Assembly (NCBI GenBank): GCA_951406725.2
Contig: OX597816.1
Location: forward strand, 14,322,001-14,386,000
DNA length: 64,000 nt
Direction of reading: 5' to 3'
Origin: Octopus vulgaris
Lineage: Eukaryota
Every line of letters starts with the position of its first letter. Position 1 is the stretch's first letter. Shown here in pieces: positions 1 through 12,750 of this stretch. A model generated the notes under the pieces. The model had not been told where the DNA came from. It made no database searches and saw only the letters and a list, made by a program, of their open reading frames with translations. Position numbers and translations under genes: made by a program.

Positions 1-422
1 CTTCAGCATTAGATTTTAGATAGTTTATTAAATCTAATCAACGGATATTGTTCCTCGTTGTTTGCAGACTGTAAATATTTGAATGTAAATGTTAGCCACT
101 TCAAACCTTGGTAACGAGTAAGCAGACTCGATTTTAAATCTCTGCTGAATAAATAGAGTTGTATTGTCAATGAAGATACGCTTATATCTATCAATAACAA
201 GTGTTCAAATTTTATCGATATATGTATCAAAAGAATCTAATCTGTTAAACGATAATGAGGAGATAACAGACCATTGTTTAGTTATAATTTATTCCGACTT
301 TTATCTCATAGTCTGTTGAATATTGATTTTTAGTTCAATGCATATTTTTATATGGAGAGTTTATCGTCGATAGAAGCGGCCACTAGACTTATTTCGATGG
401 ATCTGTAAAATATATCAAAATA

Positions 423-1244
423 TAGTGATACCTCGCAATACGAATATAATTCGTTCTATGACCTAGTTCGTCTTACGATTTACTCGTTTTACAAATCAAT
501 TTTCCCATTCAAATTAACTAAAATATAATTAATTCGTTCCAGGCCCCCCAAACCACTCAAAAATAATTTTTTATGGATTTTAAAATACAAAAGATGTTGT
601 TGGCATCCTTTTTGTCTCGGGAGACAAAGGAGATGCGCATAAAATAATCTAGTCCGAATTTTACATTTCATGTCCTAATATATCTCCTGCTATGGCTGTG
701 TAGTCCTATCCTGGACAAACACTCCCTCTGGCAGGTGCTGCAAATGTAGCGAAGACTTTGCCTGGCTGGTTGTAATGTCATACTTTCTTGTTGACGTCTT
801 TTCTTGTCTTTCCATTTCTCCTTTCTCTCTATGTCACTCGTTGCGTTCCCTCTTTTACGGTACGTCGCCAATCTCCACGGTTGCTGGCAACGGCTTCCCA
901 GTTGTTAATATTTATGTTGCAGGCCTTCATGTCCCTTTTGCAAACATCCTTGTATCGTAAGAACGGTCTTCTCCCAGACCTAGTGCCCCTAGCAAGCTCT
1001 CTATTGAGTGTCCTTGGGGATTCTCCCATCTTTCAAGTTACAAGTAAAACGACAATTATAACAAAGAGAATGCAATAGAAATATGTAAACTGGTTTCATT
1101 AACTGAATTGCCATAAGTATGGAACGAATTGTTTGCTCGTACTGCGAATTTTCGCTCGTACTTCGAGCCAAAAGTTCGCACGATTCTCGGCTCGTATAGC
1201 AAATTACTCGTACAATGATGCCCTTGTACTACGTGGTTCTATTG
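423..1244. mobile_element. Degenerate Tigger/pogo-like non-autonomous DNA transposon, interrupted by an RTE fragment
   Basis: Left end TA|tagtgatacctcgcaatacgaa and right end cttgtactacgtggttctattg|TA are decayed inverted termini. Repeated internal (c/t)tcgta motifs are typical of Tigger-type MITEs. Confidence 0.45.
668..1030 (-). mobile_element. RTE-clade LINE 3' fragment (post-RT region plus C2H2-like finger), frameshifted
   Basis: ORFs 829..1029 (ELARGTRSGRRPFLRYKDVCKRDMK...WEAVASNRGDWR) and 668..871 (YICSTCQRECLSRIGLHSHSR) match the RTE ORF2 C-terminus. Confidence 0.8.
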
Positions 1245-1300
1245 TATAATACATTCCCCACATTGTCGTAAAACTGCAAATCTGGTAGTATGCTTAATCC

Positions 1301-1665
1301 GCTACGACGACGAGGGTTCCAGTTGATCCGCTCAACGGAACAGCCTGCTCGAGAACTTAACGTGCAAGTGGCTGAGAACTGTATTCTAAACGTAGTTCTG
1401 AAGGCGATTCAGTGTGACACAGAATTTCTAGCGGCGCGTTGTGCCTCTCAGCAGAACACTTTATTTCACGTTGTTCTGGTCCACTCAGCCAGCAAAATTA
1501 AGTTGTATCTGTGTTTCAAAGAGCCAGCCTTGTCACATGGTATGTCATGCTGAATTCTCTCTGAGAATTACATGAAGGGTATGCTTGCCTGTGGGGGTTT
1601 TCAGCCACTTGCACGCTAATTTCACGAGTAGACTGTTCCGTTGATTGGATCAGCTGGAATCCCCA
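1301..1665. mobile_element. Two family-C SINE bodies in inverted arrangement (1301-1422 minus, 1435-1665 plus)
   Basis: Both contain cagccacttgcacg.taatttcacgag.ag.ctgttccgttgat.ggatca.ctggaa, shared with 51577-52035 and 56773-57090. Confidence 0.7.
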
Positions 1666-1759
1666 TCAGAGGGCCAGTTTTATGTGTTAGCATACACTTG
1701 AAATAGTTTCAATAGCGTAAGGTTAACTAAGTTCAAATAACCTGACGTTACAGAAGAAA

Positions 1760-1952
1760 GAAGAAGAAAGAAGACATGCACCCAACACCAGAGCTGAAGA
1801 CACCTCCGAAAGGGGCGTGGGTGCCACGTCAAAACGGTAGTGGACTAGGGGCCGATACCGGACGTGGTTTCTCCTGATGATGTCTTGAGCTAACTGGATC
1901 CGATAAAGGAGCTGTTGTGGTAGCAGACCACGAAACACGGTTGAAATTCCTC
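1760..1952 (-). repeat. Unclassified dispersed repeat (family F), copy 1
   Basis: Reverse complement of 14576-14766 over ~190 bp. Both give the same pseudo-peptide LLPQQLLYRIQLAxDIIRRNHVR. Confidence 0.75.
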
Positions 1953-3247
1953 CATTTTGCCTTTCATTTCTCGGGTCGATAAAATCAAGTAACAACCAAG
2001 TACTGAGGCCAATGGTGTAGACTTCTCTTCTGAAAATAGCTGACCTTCTGCCTAATTTGGAGACAATTATGATGATTGTTTGATAAAATTGTCAGAGGTT
2101 TGGAAAAATGCCTTACTTTATTTCTTCCGGCTCTTTATGCTTTGAGTTCAAATTCCACTGCGGTCAACTTTGCTTTTCATACTTTCGAAGTCACTGAGAT
2201 AAAGTACCAATGAAGTACCAGGGGCGATGATATCGACTAAGGCTCTTCTCCCAAAACTTCTGGCATAGTGTCTAAATCATAAAACGTTTAGACGGCCTTT
2301 CCTCAGGCCGGAATCGATAAAGTGAGTACAATGATTTGATGGTATGGGGTAACCCATACCATGTGTGTATAAGGTATAATGCAGACATACTCATACACAC
2401 ATATACACACACTCTGAGGTTTAGGGAGGTAGATTAATAGTATCGTTATATTTCACTAATTTCACCAGCGTCAAAGAGACTGCGAAAGTTATGGATATAG
2501 CTCCACCTTCGCGACCAAATAACATAAAAACAGTCTAAATAGAAGAAAATTAATTAACAAGTATAAATGTTAACAGAAAAAATAATTATCAACGTAAGTG
2601 AAAAGTTAAGCAACAGATGTAAGGTGATGTCAATAAACGAAAGCAAAGAGAAAACGATTGTATTAATCTACATAGTTTGTTTAATGAGCCTATAATATTT
2701 CAGGAAAGATGCCCCTTTTAAAATAGAAGAAATAATCAAGAATGTGGAGAAATATATTGTTACCGGCAAGCCAGTCAAGTGTGTTGTGAAGCAGTGTGAA
2801 TAACGTAGTTGACTGTCTTGATGAAGATCTATCCATTAATTAGTGATTAGGTATAGTGTTTGCACAAAAGTATTTTGTCCAAGATATACGAAGGGTGCTG
2901 CTAGAACCCTGCTCGTTATATGAGAAAAACATTCGTTGGTTACCACAGCATGCTAGGACTTCCGTCGGTCAGACTCGATCATGTGTCTGTATCCGTATAT
3001 GCAGGCCTAGATATGGATTTAACGGAAGACTAGCGGTTTCACTATGCATGTTCCGATGCGCCATTGTTGTCCAAGGGAAACAGACTTTCTTTAGACGCCG
3101 ATAGCTCATTGCACCAGTGTTAAGCAAACATTGCCGTCATAGAGAAAATCACAGATAAAAATACCGGAGAGCAACTCGTTTGATTTTCTATTCCGCCAAT
3201 TCTCCATTCTGGAGTAGAAAATGTACAACCATTAGTTCGATAAAATA

Positions 3248-3481
3248 GAGAGTGTTCAAAAAGTCTCTCCGCAGTGAATTTATTCATCCTGTGCATCAAT
3301 ATGTCACTACTTCAAGAGTTTTTCGGCAAACGGATTATTTCGAAAGGACTTTGGCCTCCAAGATCACCTCATTTAACACCGCCAGACTTTTTTTTTCTGG
3401 GGAGCAAGTAAAGGATCAGTGTTCAAAATTCGCCCGAAAACCATTAATTAATTACTGCCGAGAGACATTTTGAACACCCTG
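3248..3481 (+). mobile_element. Internally deleted Tc1/mariner-superfamily element (MITE-sized)
   Basis: TA|gagagtgttcaaaaagtctctccgcagt ... actgccgagagacattttgaacaccctg|TA gives ~28-bp TIRs with a TA duplication. Internal tggcctccaagatcacctcatttaacaccgccagacttt encodes WPPRSPHLTPPDF, the WPPxSPDLxPxDF transposase motif. Confidence 0.75.
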
Positions 3482-3605
3482 TATATTTTGATTCATCTAT
3501 GGCTCTTAGGAAATGTCTATTCACAGTAAGTCTTATGTTGGTGTTGTTTTTTTATTCTAAGCAACCGGACATAGTTTCTTCAAACTTGTCACACTCCACA
3601 GTCTA

Positions 3606-4831
3606 CGAGGGGCGTTCAATAAGTAATGCCCCTGATCCACTTCCCATAGCAGTAGAGTAACGAAACTTGACACAGTTATTAGTCTTTTTCTACATAGGAA
3701 CCACCCAGAGTAACGCATTTCTCCCATCGTTTGATGCGGCTCTGGAGACCGTTTTTGTAGAAGAACCCAGCTTGGTCCTCCAACCACGACGTGACTTCAG
3801 AAATCAAGGCTGCATCATCTGGGAAACGCTTTCCTTTCAAAAGGAGGAGTTCATAGCCATACGCCTGTGCTTCTGATCTGGCGACAAGCGAGTTGTGGAC
3901 CGGAGCGTTGTCCTGCAGGAGGAGGATGCCTTTGCTGATCTTGCCCCGCCTCTTGATTTTGATAACTTCTCTTAATTTCCTCAAAAGTGAAGCATAATAG
4001 GCTCCTGCAATTGTGGTACCCTTTGCCAGGAAATCTGTCATCACTATTCCGTCCTGGTCCCAGAAGACTGTGAGCATGACCTTGCCAGCGGAGGGCTGCA
4101 CCCTTGCCTTCTTTGGAGGGGGTGAGTCACGGTGCTTCCACTGCATTGACTGGGATTTGGTCTCTGGATCATCGTGATGGACCCAGGTTTCATCCTGTGT
4201 AATCAGTCTTTTGAAAAATTTTGACTCATCTTCTTGGCACATCTCCAAATTCACCCTCGAGCACTCGACGCATTCTTGCTTCTGGAAAGGCGTGAGCAGC
4301 CTGGGAATCCATCTAGCAGACACCTTTTGCATATGCAAATGGTCATGAATGATAGTTTCCACAGACCCGGTACTAATCTTGATCTCATGGGCTATTTGGC
4401 GAATAATTATGCGTCGATCTTCCAAAATGGCAGCCTCAACTTGACGGACAGATGCCTCATCAATGGCAGAAGGGGTGACCAGATCTGGGAGCTGTTTCCA
4501 CAGAGTTCCGACCATGTTTGAATTCACGATGCCAGCGTTTTACAAGGTTATATGATGGGGCATCATCACCATAAGTTACTTTCATTTCATCAAAAGTCTC
4601 CCGTGGTGTGCGTCCTTTCAAATACAAAAACCGGATCACTGCTCGACACTCAACATGCTCCATTTCACACTTGACTCAGTTCAAACACCTGTAAATCAAA
4701 AACCACAATTAGTTCAGAGCTGTAATTTGCCACTTAATCTATAGAGATATAGGTACTTGCACATGCAAAATTTCAGCTAGATCAAACAAACTGCAAGTGG
4801 GTCAGAGGCATTACTTATTGAACGTCCCTCG
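3606..4831 (-). mobile_element. Mariner transposon (irritans/Himar1-like), near full length, defective
   Basis: 30-bp TIRs cgaggggcgttcaataagtaatgcccctga / tcagaggcattacttattgaacgtccctcg (2 mismatches), TA at 3604-3605 and 4832-4833; length 1226 bp. Confidence 0.95.
3679..4663 (-). pseudogene. Mariner transposase pseudogene
   Basis: N-terminus MEHVECRAVIRFLYLKG (ATG at 4663) frameshifts near 4465 into ORF 3679..4527, which has WIPRLL, DETW and QDNAP. The HPPYSPDLAPxD motif with the third catalytic Asp is deleted (GYELL|LLKGKRF). Confidence 0.92.
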
Positions 4832-5257
4832 TATGTGTTTGTCTATCTATGTACCTATGTATCTATTGATCTGTCTGTCTGTCTGCCTATCGCTGTGTGT
4901 GTGTATGTGTGTATGTGTGTGTACGTGTGTACGTGACTGTGTGCGTGTGTTTGTGTTTGTGTCTATATTTTTGCCCCAGCAACTCGTATTGGTGTGTTTA
5001 CGCCTCCGTAATTAGCACTTCGGCAAAATACACCGATATAAGTACCGGGCTTTTAATAAGAAGGAAAATGTTTTAAAATTATTCATCACGAAGCCCCAGC
5101 AAGACTGAAATCAATATCATACACACATACACATACACGCACAAACACACACACACACTTTAGGAAGCAAATGACAGTTGTATCTTTTGACCGATGAGAA
5201 GATTCGATCTTACAATACTCCGGCCGTAAAGTATCTAAAATCTCGGTCTGCCGGTAC

Positions 5258-5260
<3 letters not shown>

Positions 5261-5313
<53 letters not shown>

Positions 5314-5544
5314 CACACACACACACTGAGTAACACACACAAACAGAGTAAAACACACATATAGTAACACACATACACACACTCAGAGTAACACACATAC
5401 ATAGAGTAACACACACAATAACACACACACAAGTAACACACACAATAACACACACACAAGTAACACACACGCAGAGTAACACACATACACACACACAGTA
5501 ACACACAGTAATACACACACACAGTAACACACACACACACACAG

Positions 5545-5584
<40 letters not shown>

Positions 5585-5617
5585 ACACACATACAGTAAC
5601 ACACACACAGAATAACA

Positions 5618-5648
<31 letters not shown>
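5261..5648. repeat. Compound (CA)n minisatellite with periodic (AGA)GTAA/AATAA interruptions
   Basis: About 20 units of gtaacacaca(ca)n visible directly. Confidence 0.85.
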
Positions 5649-6230
5649 GTTAGTGATTACAGAAGGAATTATTCAATGCTATTTCTTATACAGAATCACA
5701 AAGAAAGGTGGAATTTCCGGCCATCTTTGATATCTACCTTGCTTTTATAATGTTTGTAAAATAAAATGAGCGCAGATTTAAGAGAGAAGGTTCTCGAACG
5801 AACGCTTTAAGGGCGGCAATATCTGAACCTGACTTCTGAAAGAATAGCAGCTTCAAAGAGGAAATTAATTAATATTAATGCAAAAGTAATTAGAAAATTC
5901 AGTATAGACATCACACTAGATCTTAATTAATTTCTTTCCTTAAAATTTGTTGCACCTCCCTCGCCACCCAAGAAATACGGATGAACATCATAGACTCATC
6001 GTGCGCACATCATACTCGCATTCATTTTTGTGTCTATCAACTTGAGTATGAAATACCAAATATAAGAGTCATGTACTGAGTTCAAAGGAAGACGAAATTA
6101 GCTTCAGAATGTATAAATAATTAGCTACTTCAGTTTGATCTTCCAGATCAGATATTGGCAAATGAAGCTAATATTACAATCAGTTTACGTGTTCAGGCCG
6201 GACGAAATGCCCAACGGCATTTCGTCCGTT

Positions 6231-6790
6231 AAAGACGGCGAGCTGGCAGAAACGTTAGCACGTCGGGCAAAATACTTAGCGGTATTTCGTCTGCCGTTAC
6301 GTTCTGAGTTCAAATTCCGCCGAGGTCGAATTTGCCTTTCAACCTTTCGGGGTCGATAAATTAAGTACCAGTTACGCACTGGAGTCGATGTAATCGACTT
6401 AATCCGTTTGTCTGTCCTTGTTTGTCCCCTCTGTGTTTAGCCCCTTGTGGGTAGTAAAGAAATAGAAATAGCTATTTCGTCTGTCTTTATGTTGAGTTCA
6501 AATTCTGCCGAGGTCGACTTTGCCTTTCATCTTTTCGGGGTCGATAAATTAAGTACCAGTTACGTACTAGGGTCGATGTAATCGACTTAATCCGTTTGTC
6601 TGTCCTTGTTTTTCCCCTCTGTATTTAGCTTCTTGTGGGTAGTAAAGAAATAGGAGTAGGTATTTCGTCCGTTTCTACATTCAGAGTTCAAATTCTGCTG
6701 AAGTCAACTTCGCCTTTCAACCTTTCGGGGTCAATAAATTAAGTTTTCCCTCTCCGGAAATTGCTGTCCTAGTGTCATAATTTGAAACCG
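6231..6790 (+). mobile_element. Family-B SINE (tRNA-derived head, Meta-like central domain): one full copy 6231-6463 plus two tandem partial copies
   Basis: Head ggcgagctggcagaaacgttagca, B-box-like gagttcaaattcc, central gtcgactttgcctttcatcctttcggggtcgataaattaagtaccag repeated three times. Confidence 0.85.
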
Positions 6791-6964
6791 GTACTTACGG
6801 GTTAAGGTGGCGAGCTAGCAGGGTTGTTTGGAGGTCGGACAAAATGCATGGCGTTATTCCGTCCGACTTTACTTTCAGTGGACTTGGAACTAACCAAAAA
6901 TAACAACAACAACAACAACGACGACAGCAATAATTTTCATCGTTTATTTTATTTTTTATTTATT

Positions 6965-7343
6965 TGTTTCTGTTATCAAAAAGCAGCACTGCTGGGGCAC
7001 CGTCTTGAAGAATTTTAGTCGAAAGAATCGACCCCAGCACTATTTTTTTTAAAGCTTCGTACTTATTCTATCAAACCTTTTTGCCGAACCGTTAAGTTAC
7101 GGGGGCCGTATACACACCAGCACCGGTCGTCAAGTGGTTGAGGGGTACAAACTGAAAGGCACGTGCACACACACACACACACACAAAGGAACGCTCGACG
7201 GGCTTCTTGCAATTTCCGTCTAAAAAATCCACTCACAAGGCTTTGGAAAGCCCGAGGCCATGGTAGAAGACATTTGTCCAAGGTGCTATACACAGTGGGG
7301 CTGAACCGGAATCATGCGGTTGGGAAGCGAGCTTCTTATTTTA
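6965..7343 (-). mobile_element. Family-A SINE (tRNA-derived, CORE-like box, internal microsatellite), diverged
   Basis: Reverse complement of the family-A consensus (ccactcacaaggctttgg, gccgaaccg.taagttacgggg). Confidence 0.8.
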
Positions 7344-7344
7344 T

Positions 7345-7568
7345 TTATTTTTTTATTGGCCACAAGGGACTAAACATAGAGGGGACAAACAAGGCCAGAC
7401 AAAGGGATTAAGTCGATTACATCGACCCCAGTGCGTAACTGGTACTTAATTTATTGACCCCGAAAGGATGAATGGCAAAGTCGACCTCGGCGGAATTTGA
7501 ACTCAGAACGTAGCGGCAGACGAAATACCGCTAAGCATTTCGCTCGGCGTGCTAACGTTTCTGCCAGC
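7345..7568 (-). mobile_element. Family-B SINE
   Basis: Reverse complement of 6231-6463. Confidence 0.85.
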
Positions 7569-7607
7569 GTGCTTCTTACCACACAACAACGCCTATCATC
7601 TGCTTTC

Positions 7608-8191
7608 CTTTAAATTCCTTGGTGCCCGGACACAAAGTACTGAAAAAGACATCATAGCAAGGAGAGCTCTTGCCTGGAGCACATGCCATAATCTGAGAAA
7701 GGTTTGCAGTCCAAAGTTAGCAAGGAAATTGAAAGTCAGGTTGTTTCTGGCCACAGTTGAGTCTGTTCTTCTATACGGGGCTGAAACATGGATGCTCACT
7801 AAAGCATTGAAGAAGCAGTTGGAAGGTTGTTATACGAGGATGCTTAGAATTGCATTCAATGTCTCCTGGAAGAGTCATACAACAAGTTCCAACACTTATA
7901 CCATGGACTACCAAAAGTAACATTGAAGATATAGCATAGAAGGTTGAAGCTAGCTGGACACTGCATCAGACATACCGATGAAATTGCTAACAAGCTAGTG
8001 CTTTGGCAACCAACAGAAGGAAGAACCAAGAGGGGAGGGAAGAAGCTGACCTATATAGACAACTTGCTGGAGGATACTGGTATGGAAGGGTTACAGGAGC
8101 TGAGGACCATTATGGAAGATCGAGAGAAATATGGAAAACGTGTGGAAACAGTCTTGGGGCGTCCTATGAGACGACCTAGATGAGATGAGAT
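7608..8191 (+). mobile_element. RTE-clade LINE 3' end, 5'-truncated, with short tandem-repeat tail
   Basis: FKFLG...KVRLFLATVESVLLYGAETW...GCYTRMLR...VSWK then LAGHCIRH...KLVLWQP...MEDR; ends in (GATGA)n at about 8179-8191. Confidence 0.85.
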
Positions 8192-8761
8192 TTATCTCCC
8201 ATCATTGCAGCTTCTAACGGAGTCGAGGTTTTCTACATCAGACCCTAGACACATTCAAACTCATTGTTTGAAAGATATGCGTGCTTTCCAACCATGAAAG
8301 CTCTCATGGTTTGAGAGCATCCACCAAAATATTATCTTGTTTCCTGATTTCAACAAAACCCTCCATGGACTTTGCCGAAATTCTCTGAAGAGTGTCTGAG
8401 TTATCTGCATTATATCAAGTTAACTTATGAGTTGAAAAACATTTGTATTTTTTCTTTGTTATTTAAAAATTTTTTTGTCAAGTTTTGTTCTTTTTGTTCA
8501 TGAGAATCACGAAAATTTCTTTATAATATGCTTTTGTGTGTATAAGGTATAATGCACACATACTCATACACACATATACACACAATCATACATACATATG
8601 TGTGTGTGCGTGTATGTATACACGATTATACATATGTATATATATATGTATATATGTATGTATATATATGTATGTGTGTATATATATATATATGTATATA
8701 TGTATGTGTATGAATGTATGTATATATATATATGTATGCATGTATATATGTGTATACATAT

Positions 8762-8807
<46 letters not shown>

Positions 8808-8865
8808 TACATATATAATACGAGAGTGTGTGTATGCATATGTGTTTACATATACATACACGCAC

Positions 8866-8954
<89 letters not shown>

Positions 8955-9120
8955 CCTATCTAATCTCTACATCTCACTCTCCTCTCTCTCTCTCTTTCTC
9001 TCACTCTCTTCCTTCATCCTATCCTATCATTTGTATACTGATAATAAGAGTATTCAGTTGAAATATTTTGACGTGTATTTAAGGATTTCTCAATTCCATT
9101 ACATTTTTTTTTATTTTGGA

Positions 9121-9441
9121 TTACCAATCACATGGTGCCTTCTGCTATAGCCTCAGGCAGACAAAAGCCTTGTGAGTAGATTTGGTAGATGAAAACTGAA
9201 AGAAGCCCGTCGTGTATGTATATATGTATATATATGTTTGTGTCTGTGTTTGTCTCGCCAACATCGCTTGACAACCGATGCTGGTGTGCTTACGTCCCCC
9301 GTAACTTAGCGTTTCGGCAAAAGTGATCGATAGAATAAGTACTGGGCTTACAAAGAATAAGTCCTGGGGTCGATTTGCTTGACTAAAGGCGGTGCTCCAG
9401 CATGGCCGCAGTCAAATGACTGAAATAAGTAAAAGAATAAA
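9121..9441 (+). mobile_element. Family-A SINE, 5'-truncated
   Basis: Matches consensus through ggcggtgctccagcatggccgcagtcaaatgactgaaa..agtaaaaga. Confidence 0.85.
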
Positions 9442-9877
9442 GTGGGTGGGGTGGGGGCGGTGTGCTAATGATAGTAGCTCGGATTTGATTTTGGATCGCA
9501 CAGGGTCGAAACACATTGCATGGCATCTAATTAAACGGTCATTCGTTTTTTATTCATATTGAATTTAGCAAAAAGAAAGATGGAGACAAATACTGCTCAA
9601 ATTAAGCCAATGAAAAATCGGACTCTTGTCATCGCGATAAATAGTCTCGCAAATATGAGGTCGAATTCAAAATGGAACGGAATTTCGTCAACTGTGCAAA
9701 AGTGTTAACCCTCTTCAGAAACGTTTAGATAATTCTTAAGAAGATCGCATTATAATTGTCCAGAAGAATGCAACGAAAGAAAACAAACTTTTGAATTCAT
9801 TCATTGTCAGATCAGGAAGAACAACTCATACCTATACTATAATATAGAAAGCTGGATACTAATGATTTGAGCGTACT

Positions 9878-10235
9878 CTCTCTCTTTTTACTCTTTTACT
9901 TGTTTCAGTCATTTGACTGCGGCTATGCTGGAGCAAATCGACCCCAGGACTTATTTTTTGTAAGCCTAGTACTTATTCTATCGGTCTCTTTTGTCGAAAC
10001 GCTAAGTTACGGAGACGTAAATACACCACCATCTGTTTTCAAGTGATGTTGGAGGGACAAACACAGACACACAAACACGCATACACATATATACATATAC
10101 ATGTATACGACGGGATTCTTTCAGTTTCCGTCTACCAAATATACTCACCAGGCTTTGGTCAGCCCGAGGCTATAGTAGAAGACACTTGCCCAAAGTGAAC
10201 CCGGAATCATGTGGTTGGTAAGCAAGTAACTTTTA
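9878..10235 (-). mobile_element. Family-A SINE
   Basis: Reverse complement of consensus with (CTTTTACT)n tail. Confidence 0.85.
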
Positions 10236-10393
10236 CCAATAAAAAAGCAACTATAATAGACAATACTGTCAATAAAATTCTTAAATGTTCTAATTTTAAT
10301 ATTTTTATCAAAATGTGGATTTGATATCTATTTTTTTTATTGATGATTTCAGCTACAAAAAATTAATTTTAATATTCACTGCGATATAGCTTA

Positions 10394-10451
<58 letters not shown>

Positions 10452-10939
10452 TTTTTTTTCTCTCCCATCGTTTATGACTCGGCTTTCTGCAGACATATCA
10501 GTAAAACCATTTCTCCAAATTATAAGTTTAACCTTAATCAGTGTCAGCCAAATTATGTTTTTTTTCTCCAATATCCTTTCGTGTTTGTTGGTTGTTTTTG
10601 AAGTAGAAAAGCGGTCTTAATTTACTTACGTCAGTTGTACTAAATATAAACTTGTATTAGAAACAGTTATAAGAAAAAATAATGTCAAAGATAGAAACCA
10701 CAACTTTTCGCCTTAAGTAAGAAATAATCAACGCAATAACTTTGAATCTCGTCCAAGGAATATAGAATCTGAAAGTGCATTAATTAAATTATAAAATCGA
10801 GTGCAGATTACACTAATGGAGTTTGAAGTAATCACAATTCAGACCGAAGCTTTCATGATAACCGTGTATTAAACCCTGTTCAGAAGAACAGAGAAATCGA
10901 TGCCACGAAAAGGGAATAAAAGAAATTTATCATAGAAGA

Positions 10940-11141
10940 CATTTTGGCTGCGTGATTAAGAAGGTTGCTTTGTAACCGTATACTTTCTGGCTCAACCTCA
11001 CCGCGTGATATCTTGGACAAGTGTCTTCTACTATAACCCGGAGCTGACCAAGGCCTTGTCAGTGAATTTGGTAATCAGAAACCGTGTGGAAACAAGCCGT
11101 GTATGTATGTATGTACAGGTGTGTATATATGTACACACATG

Positions 11142-11204
<63 letters not shown>

Positions 11205-11229
11205 GTATGTATATATGTATGTATGTATA

Positions 11230-11306
<77 letters not shown>

Positions 11307-11540
11307 TCTCTGTGTGTGTGTGTATCTTTGTATCATGTTTGTTTCTTCCAACCAACATCTCTTGACAACCAGTGTTGTTTCGTTAAGATCCCCGTGAATT
11401 AGTGTTTCGGCAAAAGTGATCCGATAGAATAAGAACCACACTTCAAACTAATTCCTAGGTTCGATTTGCTCAATTAATCACTTCAAGGCGGTGCTCTAGT
11501 ATGGCCGCAGTCCAATGACTGAAACAAACAAAAGAAAAGA
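10940..11540 (+). mobile_element. Family-A SINE, diverged, with expanded internal (TA)n/(TATG)n
   Basis: Head ggctgcgtgattaagaagg, box cttggacaagtgtcttctactata, tail ggcggtgctctagtatggccgcagtccaatgactgaaac. Confidence 0.75.
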
Positions 11541-11869
11541 TAATTAAAAAAAAAGCAATCTATATAATAGCAATCCGAGTAAACTTGGCCTCAACAACTC
11601 GAAGATTGAATTAATAAAATGAAGGACGATGTCTCAGAATTTTGTTGAAAACTGCGACTCGGTGAAGATTAATTTCGTTAGAACAATGATGATGAAACGG
11701 CTGTTAAGAAATATAAGCAGTTATTCATCTCCAAAAGGTACGAATAAACTGCTTGTTGATTAAGTCAAACATCAGTAATTGTGGAAAGCAAAGCAATTGA
11801 ATTGATAATTAATTAATTAAACCAGAAATTGGATTGTAGTTATTTCAATGGATACCTTTTAAAGTTTCT

Positions 11870-12228
11870 TTTTAATCATTTACTTATAAAGCAGCCATGC
11901 TAGGGCACTGCGTTGATGGATTTAGTCGAAAGAATCGACCCCCCCCCAGGACATTTTGTAGAGCTTTGTACAATTCTGTCGAACCGGTAATTTACGGGAC
12001 GTAAACAAACCAGTATCGGTTGTCAAGCACTGGTGGGGTACAAACATAGACACACACATATATACGACACGCTTCTTTCAGTGTCCGTCTACCAAATCCA
12101 CTCACAAAGCTTTGGCTGGCCCGAGATTGTAGTAGAAGACACTTGCCCAAGGTGCCATGCAGTGGGACCGAGCCCGGAACTATGTGGTTGGGCAGCAAGC
12201 TTCTTACTTCACAGCCACGTCTACGCCT
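11870..12228 (-). mobile_element. Family-A SINE
   Basis: Reverse complement of consensus (gaagacacttgcccaaggtgccatgcagtgggac). Confidence 0.8.
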
Positions 12229-12399
12229 ATTGTGAGTAGTGCAAAATTCTTGTTTTATTTAAGCTAGAGGACAATATATAACACCTTAAAGGACAAAATC
12301 TACAACCAGTGGAATGTAACGAAGAAGCTTACAATCTTGTTACCCTTGTAATGAAAAGAATTAAACGGTCGAATTATAATTATGACTGATTTTAAATGA

Positions 12400-12750
12400 A
12401 TATCTTGTATTTTCTTTTGCTTACTAAAACTTCACAAAACCCTGAAATGGAACTTTCAAAGGTTCCACTAATATAGATTCGACCAAGGTATATTAAATTA
12501 TTTTCTGAAAATAACAAATGAAAAGCAAGTCTTCTATATGTTGATGTAAGAAATTTATATATAATGATCGTTTGAGATTATAGAATAGACACGATAAAAT
12601 TACGCGGAAAAATTATCAGAATATATTGAAGAAAAATGAATGTTTGACAGATCGAAATTTATTCTCCAAAATAAATATGTTATATTTGATGTTAATATGG
12701 TTTTCCAAAAAAATTTGGAACGGCAATGAGAACCAAAGTAGCTTCAGCTG
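12400..12750 (+). mobile_element. Highly decayed Penelope-like reverse transcriptase remnant
   Basis: Collinear broken motifs LKLHK..(F)RP, VDVRNLYIMI (cf. DVxSLYTNIP), KFILQNKYVIFD and GTAMRTKVAS (cf. GTAMGTKxAP), read across frameshifts. Confidence 0.55.

Noticed and set aside
1-420. Possible Penelope RT remnant on the minus strand (IDNTTLF; LLVT..FEVANIY)
   Set aside because: Motif similarity is too weak to call without a profile search.
2362-2410. ~50-bp near-identity with 8535-8583 (tgtgtgtataaggtataatgca.acatactcatacacacatatacacaca)
   Set aside because: A real match, but short and half low-complexity; most likely a fragment of an unrecognised repeat with nothing further to infer.
2420-3240. 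Unique-looking stretch with YLGLHI on the minus strand, faintly DIRS-RT-like
   Set aside because: A single short motif with many stops; cannot be supported by eye.
5308-5620. Regularly spaced GTAACAC units resembling a CRISPR-like array
   Set aside because: Spacers are only CA repeats of varying length; eukaryotic minisatellite with no cas genes.
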